From the NCBI GenBank assembly GCA_963804955.1, contig CAWDSQ010000026.1:147426-211425 (forward strand): a stretch of 64,000 nt of DNA. Reading direction: 5' to 3'. Positions 31,901 to 39,517 of this stretch are shown one piece after another. The first letter of the stretch is position 1. Every line of letters starts with the position of its first letter. Source of the stretch: an uncultured delta proteobacterium (GTDB lineage Bacteria; Desulfobacterota; WTBG01; CAIYCZ01; CAIRTM01). A model generated the notes under the pieces. It worked only from the letters and a program-made list of their open reading frames with translations. It made no database searches and was not told the origin of the DNA. The position numbers and the translations under genes are program-made.

Positions 31901-31944
31901 AGCCGCAAAGCATTGCCACTACCGAGCGGGATATACAAAACTAA
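28926..31944 (+). CDS. CheB-CheR-PAS-coiled coil-PAS fusion (MAC1-like, no kinase), split by a frameshift near 30495
   Basis: CheB GASAGG/QHL/GTGTDG; CheR VTSFFRD, GCATGEE, CRNVLIY; repeated EELQSxNEEL heptads; C-terminal PAS; break at an A-run. Confidence 0.92.
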
Positions 31945-31999
31945 TAGCGCAGGCTCACTAGTGACAGTTCAAAGGTCCGGGTTCAAGTTGTATGAGTGT

Positions 32000-32234
32000 C
32001 TAGTGGGCTTTCACATTTGAATTTGTTGGATGAGATACAATCACTCGTTCTTAACACCAGTCCTGTCATTCCGGCTTGTCCGGAATCTTTTCCACCGCAG
32101 CGGAAGGATTCCGGACAAGCCGGAATGACGCTTGGGTTTTACTTTTTCAATTAACTTATCCCCCTAATTTTCATATATTGGCATTAAGAAAAGGGTGACT
32201 AAAACAGTTAATTTCAAATGTGAAGGTCCACTAG
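32000..32234. mobile_element. MITE with 22-bp terminal inverted repeats and central REP hairpin
   Basis: left CTAGTGGGCTTTCACATTTGAA vs right reverse complement CTAGTGGACCTTCACATTTGAA (20/22); palindrome gtcattccggcttgtccggaatc...gattccggacaagccggaatgac at 32065-32129. Confidence 0.8.
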
Positions 32235-32297
32235 GCTGTCGGGTTACGGTTGACATTTGATAATTTTAAACTGTAAATCATGTGAAAGATATGTATC

Positions 32298-34007
32298 ATG
32301 GCAGATTCAAAAAAACAGAGACAAGCTAAACTATTTAATGACCTGCGCAGAAAAGCTGAGCACCTCATGCAGGCCAACCCTGCCGAGTCGAAAAATAATG
32401 GCGCGCAAGATTTGAACAGCCTGCTGCACGAGCTTGAGGTTCACCAGATCGAGCTTGCCCTGCAGAATGAAGAGCTGCTGCGCTCACGGGCGGAAATAGA
32501 GGAATCCCGCCAGAAGTATCTTGATTTATATGACTTTGCGCCCGTCGGGTATATCACCTATGATGACAGGACCGGGCACATCACTGAAACAAATCACGCA
32601 GGCGCCGGGATGCTTGGCTGCGAAAAGGGAACGGCTGTCGGCAAGAAACTGATGAGTTTTATTATGCCGGAGTCACAGGATGTGTTTTATTTTCATAAAA
32701 ACAAGTGCTTCGAGACCCGGGAAAAACAGACCTGTGAGCTGAAGCTCAAAAAAAAAGGCCACCCCCCGGTACCTGTCCAGCTCTCGAGCATGCCCGTGGA
32801 TGCTGAAGGGCCAATGAAACTCCTGCGCATTGCGCTGACAGATATCTCCGAGCGCACACTCCTGTGGGATCAGCTCCGCGAATCCCGCAAAACGGAGGCG
32901 ATAGGAACCCTTGCAGGCGGCATTGCGCATGAGTTCAACAATATGCTGGGCGGCATTACCAACTATGCTGAACTGGCAAAAGCTGACATGCCCGCCGACA
33001 GGCCGGCGCGAGAGTATCTGGATGAGGTATTAAAGCTTTGCAAAAAAGCCCGGGATGTTGTCATGCAGGTCCTTTCCTACAGCCAGAAGCCCCGGACCGA
33101 GTACAAGCCGGTAGTAGTGCATTCACTGGTTGCAGAAACGGTAAAGCTGATGCGCTCCAGCATACCCACAAACATCGACATCCGGCAGGACATTGACGGG
33201 CAGGCAGGAACAGTGCTCGGAAACCACACACAGATACAGCAGGTGCTGATAAACCTGTGCATCAATGCGGCACAAGCCATGAAGCTGAAAAGCGGCCTTC
33301 TCACAATAAAAGTGGTGCCTGTCGCGCTTGATGCCGAGCAGGTGAGGCACTTTACCGATCTAAGGGCCGGGGCGTATGTAAAGCTCACCGTGAGCGACAC
33401 AGGCACAGGCTTTGACCCTGCAATCACAGAGCGCATCTTTGATCCTTTTTTCACCACCAAAGAGGTCGGCGACGGCAGGGGCATGGGCCTTGCGGAGGCG
33501 CAGGGCATTGTCAAGAGTCATGGCGGCGCCATAACTGTTTCAAGCATACTGGGGGCGGGCACAACCGTTACCGTATTTTTTCCCGCATCAGCGGATGCGG
33601 CTGCTGTGAACGCACCGGATACACGCCTGCAAGGGGGTACGGAGCGGATACTGATGGTTGATGATGAGGAGTGCATTGTTATTCCCGCAAAAATGATGCT
33701 TGAAAATCTGGGATACCGGGTAACAGCCCTGACCGACAGCCTGGAGACACTTGAGCTTTTCCGCAAAACCCCCGATGACTTTGATTTTGTTATAACCGAC
33801 CTTTCAATGCCCCACCTGACCGGCGAGCGGCTTGCAGCGGAAATAATCAAAATTCGCAAGGACATACCGGTTGTCATCGCAACGGGCTTCGTGGGAGCCG
33901 CAGACAATGAGGATTTAAAAAAAAGCGGCGTCAGGGGGGTCATAGCAAAGCCGTATAGCATGCAGGAGTTTGCCAAAAGCATCCGCTCTATTCTTGATGG
34001 AACATAA
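32298..34007 (+). CDS. cytoplasmic hybrid histidine kinase (coiled coil-PAS-HisKA-HATPase-REC)
   Basis: LHELEVHQIELALQNEEL, AHEFNN, NLCINA, DTGTG, FFTTK, GMGL; REC ITDLSMP. Confidence 0.95.
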   Translation: MADSKKQRQAKLFNDLRRKAEHLMQANPAESKNNGAQDLNSLLHELEVHQIELALQNEELLRSRAEIEESRQKYLDLYDFAPVGYITYDDRTGHITETNHAGAGMLGCEKGTAVGKKLMSFIMPESQDVFYFHKNKCFETREKQTCELKLKKKGHPPVPVQLSSMPVDAEGPMKLLRIALTDISERTLLWDQLRESRKTEAIGTLAGGIAHEFNNMLGGITNYAELAKADMPADRPAREYLDEVLKLCKKARDVVMQVLSYSQKPRTEYKPVVVHSLVAETVKLMRSSIPTNIDIRQDIDGQAGTVLGNHTQIQQVLINLCINAAQAMKLKSGLLTIKVVPVALDAEQVRHFTDLRAGAYVKLTVSDTGTGFDPAITERIFDPFFTTKEVGDGRGMGLAEAQGIVKSHGGAITVSSILGAGTTVTVFFPASADAAAVNAPDTRLQGGTERILMVDDEECIVIPAKMMLENLGYRVTALTDSLETLELFRKTPDDFDFVITDLSMPHLTGERLAAEIIKIRKDIPVVIATGFVGAADNEDLKKSGVRGVIAKPYSMQEFAKSIRSILDGT

Positions 34008-34183
34008 CGCGGGGGCAAAGCCTCCACTGAGCTTCGCCGGCCGGTGCAACCACAGTTTCACCCTGGAGAAAAACTTGTCGGCGCGGTACCAGGTTAAAAA
34101 AAGTTAAGCTGAGCCTTTTGAATACTGCAGCATAAGGGCGAACCCAACAAATGGATGGTTCAGGATTTTCGTTCGGCCACTAT

Positions 34184-34399
34184 TTAGTACAGTTTCCTTT
34201 TTGTTGTAGCAAATAGTAGCATTCTCATTATTGATCAAATTTAAAAAAATTCGTCACCCCGGTGAAAACCGGGGTCCAGAAAACCCCTGATTCTGAAAAA
34301 CCTGGATGCCGGCTTTCGCCGGCATGACGATAACGAAGGATTGTCGGGCTTTTTATGTCCCCTATTTTTGTGGCTACAGTAAAAAGAAAAATGCTCTAG
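34184..34399. mobile_element. MITE-like element with degenerate TIRs and central REP hairpin
   Basis: ttagtacagtttcctttttgttgtagc vs reverse complement ctagagcatttttctttttactgtagc (20/27); gtcaccccgg...ccggcatgac at 34253-34328. Confidence 0.6.
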
Positions 34400-34408
34400 A
34401 GAAAATAT

Positions 34409-35824
34409 ATGGCAGCCATTCTTATTATTGAAGACGACAAAAAATATTGCGATTCGTTATCCGGCATCATACGGGGCATGGGTCATGAGGCCATCTGGGC
34501 CGACTCGCTTACACGCGGGTTGCAGGAATTGAGCTCGAGGAATTTTGATATTCTCTTCATGGAAGTGCAGATGCCCGACGGTAACGGGCTGGATGTGGTT
34601 GAAGAGATCCTTGAAACCCCGCTCCCCCCTGAAATCATTGTAATTACCGCTTTCAGAACTGCTGAAGACGCTAAAATTGCAATTGAAAAAGGCGCCTGGT
34701 GTTACATGAAAAAGGAGTTTTCCAGGAATGAGATATCGCTGCTGATAATTAATATTCTTGAATACCGAAAAAAAAACACCGGGGACCATACCGTTATCCA
34801 TCTGGAGCATAAGCACTTTGAAGGCATTATCGGCAGCAGCCCATCCATCAAGTTCTGTAAATACCTGGTGGCCAGTGTTGCAAAAACCGATTCCAATGTG
34901 TTCATTACCGGTGAAACCGGCACGGGCAAAGAGCTTATTGCCTCTGCCATTCATAATCACAGCCAGCGCGCTCAAAATAATTTTGTGACGGTTGATTGTA
35001 CGGCCCTCCCCGGTGAGCTTGTGGAGAGCATTCTGTTCGGATACGAAAAAGGATCTTTTACCGGAGCGGAAAAATCACGCGACGGCCTTATCAAACAGGC
35101 CCATGGCGGGACGCTGTTTCTCGATGAGGTCGGAGAGCTTCCCCTGGCCATGCAAAGCTCGTTCCTGCGGGTTATTCAGGAACACAGCTTTCGGCCCGTC
35201 GGGTATCAGAAAGAAATCCAGAGTGATTTCAGGCTCATCGTGGCTTCCAACCGCGACCTTGAAGATATGGTGCATCAGGGACAGTTTCGGGATGATTTGC
35301 TTTTTCGCATCCGCTCCTTCACCATCGATATGCCCCCCTTGAGAAAACGCTCTCAGGATATCAAAGAACTTGCTGTATATTATACGTCCAAACTGTGCCG
35401 GCAGTATGGTATTGAAAAAAAGACGTTTGACCCCGAGTTCTTCCATGCCCTTGATGCATACATCTGGCCCGGTAATGTCCGGGAATTAATACATGCTTTG
35501 GAAAATGCGCTTATTGCCGCACAGCATGAGCCCAGCCTTTTCCCTAAACACCTGCCGACCTATATTCGCATCTGGCTGGCGCGCACGTCACTGCGAACGG
35601 ATGATAACACTGATAAGGCAGCCGCGGCACTTGAGGCTACCGGGCCATTTCTCAAGCTGAAGGATGTGCGCTCCAGTGCTCTGGCCCATACGGAAGAAAA
35701 ATATTTAAATGACTTGATGCGCGTTGCAAACAGCGACATCGTGACTGCCTGCCGGCTATCAGGCCTATCCCGGACCCGCCTCTATGTGCTTTTGAAAAAA
35801 TACCGCATAGCAACCCATTTCTGA
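34409..35824 (+). CDS. sigma54 enhancer-binding response regulator with Glu at the phospho-acceptor position
   Basis: REC IIEDD...[43 protein letters not shown]. Confidence 0.93.
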   Translation: MAAILIIEDDKKYCDSLSGIIRGMGHEAIWADSLTRGLQELSSRNFDILFMEVQMPDGNGLDVVEEILETPLPPEIIVITAFRTAEDAKIAIEKGAWCYMKKEFSRNEISLLIINILEYRKKNTGDHTVIHLEHKHFEGIIGSSPSIKFCKYLVASVAKTDSNVFITGETGTGKELIASAIHNHSQRAQNNFVTVDCTALPGELVESILFGYEKGSFTGAEKSRDGLIKQAHGGTLFLDEVGELPLAMQSSFLRVIQEHSFRPVGYQKEIQSDFRLIVASNRDLEDMVHQGQFRDDLLFRIRSFTIDMPPLRKRSQDIKELAVYYTSKLCRQYGIEKKTFDPEFFHALDAYIWPGNVRELIHALENALIAAQHEPSLFPKHLPTYIRIWLARTSLRTDDNTDKAAAALEATGPFLKLKDVRSSALAHTEEKYLNDLMRVANSDIVTACRLSGLSRTRLYVLLKKYRIATHF

Positions 35825-35856
35825 TTCTTTCTGTCAGCATCCTTCCTTTTTTACCT

Positions 35857-35912
35857 GTACCGTTAAACAGGACAAATCCCGTATGGCGGGACTCAGTCCC
35901 GCAGCACGGAAC
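35857..35912. promoter_or_regulatory. three tandem 17-bp palindromic boxes (GTCCCG-N5-CGGGAC), putative enhancer
   Basis: gtaccgttaaacaggac (35857), atcccgtatggcgggac (35876), gtcccgcagcacggaac (35896). Confidence 0.7.
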
Positions 35913-35967
35913 AGGTTTCCCTGTTCTGATACTTCTTCAGCGGAGTAAAAATGCGCTATCCACCTGA

Positions 35968-36034
35968 AATAACGATTGCTCTTGCATGCACAATCATCAT
36001 GGCCCGCTTTTTGTATTACTGTAGAAGTGAGGTG
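35968..36034 (+). promoter_or_regulatory. sigma54-like promoter cassette, copy 1 (TGGCCCGCTTTTTGTA)
   Basis: GG at 36001-2, GG-N10-GT; roughly 80% identical to 36506-36571. Confidence 0.6.
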
Positions 36035-36075
36035 ATGAATTAAATCTTTAAACCAGTACAGCAGGAATATAGAAT

Positions 36076-36501
36076 ATGAAAAAATCCGTATATGCACAGA
36101 CGCGCGATAAGGCGCGCTTCGATGTTAACATCAAAGCCATGTATATCATCAGGGGCAGGGGAATGAAGCAGCAGGAATGCCGGATCACCAATCTGAGCAC
36201 AAGCGGTGCGACCGTGCACTCCCAGCGAACTGAAAATTTTACGGAAGGAACTGTTATTATAATTGCTATTGCCATTACAAACACCCTCATGCATATGCCT
36301 GCCGAGGCTGAAATCATGTGGATCAGGCAGTGCGCCAATGAATGTATAAGCGGCATCAGGTTCACGGCTATGCCCTGTGACATCATGATCCGGAAGCTCG
36401 TTAAAAAGACTTCGGAAATCTCTTGCGTTGCAGTAAAAAGCCGTAAGGTGAAATGTAGAACCGGAAAGCTTACCGAGCGTGAAAACGCGCTAACCGCCTG
36501 A
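36076..36501 (+). CDS. single-domain PilZ protein
   Basis: RDKAR (RxxxR) and NLSTSG ([D/N]xSxxG), AEIMW...GIRF. Confidence 0.85.
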   Translation: MKKSVYAQTRDKARFDVNIKAMYIIRGRGMKQQECRITNLSTSGATVHSQRTENFTEGTVIIIAIAITNTLMHMPAEAEIMWIRQCANECISGIRFTAMPCDIMIRKLVKKTSEISCVAVKSRKVKCRTGKLTERENALTA

Positions 36502-36505
36502 AGAC

Positions 36506-36571
36506 AATAACGATGCCGCTGCAGGCAAAGCCATAATGGCCGGCTTTTTGTATCACTGTTGAAGTGAGGTG
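36506..36571 (+). promoter_or_regulatory. sigma54-like promoter/RBS cassette, copy 2 (TGGCCGGCTTTTTGTA...GAGGTG)
   Basis: direct repeat of 35968-36034, heading the kai operon. Confidence 0.6.
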
Positions 36572-36575
36572 CTGC

Positions 36576-36974
36576 ATGAAATGTCTATTCTATGAAAAAA
36601 AACCCGGCATCATTGCGGAGCGGATTATCCGGCTGATGCAGCCTTCACCGGGAAAAAATATAATAGAGCTGTATCACACCATCAAAACCCTGTCTCAAAG
36701 ACTTTCCCGGCCCATAGACGGTCAGGCTATTATGATTCTTATAGCTGCCGACAGGGTAGATCTTTTGGATATCGTTTTGATGCACAAGCTGCTGCTTGAC
36801 ATTCGCGTCATCATCATACTTCCTGACCGGGAGGATGAGACTGTCAGTATAGGATACAAGCTGAAACCATGCTTTTTAACCTATGCGAACGCAAATTTAG
36901 ACGAAGTGCATAAGGTCTTAGGAAAATTACTTAAATTTTCAGAATCAGGCCAGAGGATATCAGGAGAGTGCTAA
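36576..36974 (+). CDS. hypothetical protein, degenerate receiver-like fold
   Basis: alternating beta/alpha pattern (IMILIA, VIIILPD) without canonical REC residues; GAGGTG RBS. Confidence 0.6.
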   Translation: MKCLFYEKKPGIIAERIIRLMQPSPGKNIIELYHTIKTLSQRLSRPIDGQAIMILIAADRVDLLDIVLMHKLLLDIRVIIILPDREDETVSIGYKLKPCFLTYANANLDEVHKVLGKLLKFSESGQRISGEC

Positions 36975-37034
36975 TATGGCGGAAATGAATAAAATTTTGT
37001 TTCATTACTTCAAATGCAGAGAAAGAAACAGGAC

Positions 37035-38790
37035 ATGACGATGGGTAAGGTTAAACAGGGTGTTGCTGTTCTTGAAAAATGCCCGACGGGCATCAAGGGC
37101 CTCGATGAAATAACAAAGGGAGGTCTTCCGAAAGGCAGGCCAACACTGATGTGCGGCAGTGCGGGTTGCGGCAAAACACTTTTTTCCATGGAGTTTCTCA
37201 TGCGGGGCGCCATGGATTACGGAGAGCCCGGGGTCTTCATGACCTTCGAGGAAGCGCCGGAGGATCTTGCCAAAAACTTCATATCCCTTGGTTTTGATCT
37301 CAATGATATGATCTCGCGCGGTCTTATCGCAACGGACCACGTCTACATCGAGCGCACCGAGATCGAGGAGACGGGTGAGTATGACCTTGAAGGATTGTTC
37401 ATCCGCCTGGGCAATGCCATTGATTCCATCGGAGCCAAGCGGGTTGTCCTGGATACCATAGAAGCGCTTTTTTCCGGACTGTCTCATACCGCTATCATTC
37501 GGGCTGAGCTTCGCCGGCTTTTTAACTGGCTGAAAGAACGCGGCGTGACAGCCATCGTTACGGGTGAAAGCGGCGAAAAGCTCCTGACTCGCTACGGGCT
37601 TGAAGAATACGTGGCCGATTGCGTTATTTTTCTCGACTTTCGCATCGAGGAGCAAATTTCCACCCGCCGCCTGCGTATTGTCAAGTACCGCGGCTCAGCT
37701 CACGGCGCCGACGAATACCCATTCCTGATAGACGAACGCGGCATCTCCATCCTGCCGATCACGTCCCTGGGGCTCGACTACGCGGTTTCCACGAGAGCGC
37801 ATCGCCACCGGCATTCCCAAGCTGGATGCAATGCTCGAAGGCAAGGGGTTCTACCGCGGCAGCACCATCCTTGTCTCCGGTACTGCGGGCACAGGTAAAA
37901 CAAGTTTGTCGGCAACATTCGCCGACGCCACCTGCCGGCGGGGTGAGCGCTGCCTGTATTTCGCCTTCGAGGAATCCCCCAGCCAGATCATCCGCAACAT
38001 GGGCTCTATCGGCATCGATCTCGGGAAATGGGTGAAGAAGGGTCTACTCAAGTTTCATTCAGCCCGGCCGTCGCTCTACGGCCTTGAGATGCATCTGGTC
38101 ACCTTTCACAAAGTTATCGATGAATTTGATCCACGGGTTTTTATCATAGACCCGATCAGCAACCTGAGCGCCGCAGGTACTGCGACTGAAGTCAAATCAA
38201 TATTAACGCGCCTGATCGACCATTTGAAGATGAAAAAAATCACCACATTCCTTACGGACCTCACTCATTTTAGCGGCAGTCTCGAACGCACCAGCGAAGA
38301 GATATCGTCGCTCATCGATACATGGCTTCTCCTGCGGGATATCGAACGCAGCGGTGAGCGCAACCGGGGCCTCTATATTTTAAAATCACGCGGCATGGAC
38401 CACTCCAACCAGATTCAGGAGTTCCTGCTCACCAACCGGGGTATTGACCTCATCGACATCTATACCGGGTCCGGCGAAGTCTTAACCGGCAGCGCCCGTG
38501 CAGCCCAGGAAGCCGGGGAAAAGGCCGGTGAGATGGCATGTCGGCGTGAGTCAGAACGCAGGCTCCGCGAGCAGGAACGCAAGAGGAATGCGCTGGAAAC
38601 AAAAATCGCGGCACTGCGAGCCGAGTTCGATGTGGAAACCGAAGAGGTGCATTTGATGGCGGAAGAAGAACACATACGGCAAGCTGTCCTGGCGGATGGC
38701 CGTTTGGCAATGGCGCATCTTCGTAAGGGGAACCCAGCAGCTCCACTGGCAAAGCGCTCGAAAAAAAAGAAGGAAAGGATGGCAGGATGA
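37035..38790 (+). CDS. kaiC: double-domain KaiC (KaiC2-type) with C-terminal coiled-coil extension; frameshift near 37794
   Basis: [44 protein letters not shown]; removing one base restores [10 protein letters not shown]. Confidence 0.95.
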
Positions 38791-39146
38791 AAGCTGTTTC
38801 ACAAGAAAAGAGAAAGAAAAAAACGGCCGATGCGGCACAAAAAATCTGGAACCTCCGGTTATATGTAGCCGGCCAAACCCAGAAATCAATTACGGCCTTT
38901 GCAAATTTAAATAAGATCTGCGAAGAATATCTTGCGGGCAGCTACAGCATTGAAGTGATAGACCTGATACAAAATCCCCGGCTTGCCAAAGGTGACCAGA
39001 TTATTGCCATACCGACACTGGTAAGGAAGCTTCCTGAGCCGATTAAAAAAATTATCGGAGATTTGGCGAACACAGAGCGCGTGCTGGTGGGACTCGACAT
39101 TCGTTCTGAGTCCGGGGGGGGGGGGGGACAAAGTGAGACATCCTGA
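38787..39146 (+). CDS. kaiB: KaiB family protein (copy 1)
   Basis: [36 protein letters not shown]...ERVL.GLD. Confidence 0.95.
   Translation: MKAVSQEKRKKKTADAAQKIWNLRLYVAGQTQKSITAFANLNKICEEYLAGSYSIEVIDLIQNPRLAKGDQIIAIPTLVRKLPEPIKKIIGDLANTERVLVGLDIRSESGGGGGQSETS
39114..39127. repeat. G14 homopolymer at the 3' end of kaiB copy 1
   Basis: 14 consecutive G. Confidence 0.85.
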
Positions 39147-39173
39147 ATTGTGCCTGCTGAGGAAATCAAAAAA

Positions 39174-39512
39174 ATGAAAACGAGCACTAAGGAGTTTGCA
39201 CAGGCGGCAGCAATGCAGGACCGCGCACAGTACGTTCTTCGGCTGTATGTTACGGGAATGACCCCAAAGTCAACCCTGGCAATCGCCAATGTCAAGGAAC
39301 TCTGCAAAAAACACCTGGAAGGCCGCTACGAACTCAGGGTGATAGACATCTATCAGCAGCCGGAGATGGCCAAGGCAGAGCAGATTATCGCCACCCCGAC
39401 ACTCATCAAGGAGCTCCCCCTGCCGCTTCGGAAGGTTATCGGCGACATGCTGGATACGGAAAAGTTTCTTGTAGGCATCGATCTGAAACCAAAAATTCAT
39501 AAGCCGGATTAA
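39174..39512 (+). CDS. kaiB: KaiB family protein (copy 2)
   Basis: [39 protein letters not shown]; alternative GTG start at 39150. Confidence 0.93.
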   Translation: MKTSTKEFAQAAAMQDRAQYVLRLYVTGMTPKSTLAIANVKELCKKHLEGRYELRVIDIYQQPEMAKAEQIIATPTLIKELPLPLRKVIGDMLDTEKFLVGIDLKPKIHKPD

Positions 39513-39517
39513 AAAAA

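Noticed and set aside
34010..34080. c-di-GMP riboswitch suggested by GCAAAGCC (also 36525)
   Set aside because: Upstream GGCAAAC/GNRA stem not present
28494..34398. TAGAGCATTT...AAATGCTCTA as ends of a 5.9-kb composite transposon
   Set aside because: Each end is better explained as the terminus of its own short element; no transposase inside
37035..39512. A true self-sustained circadian clock
   Set aside because: No kaiA in the window and KaiC2-type features; sequence alone cannot show oscillation
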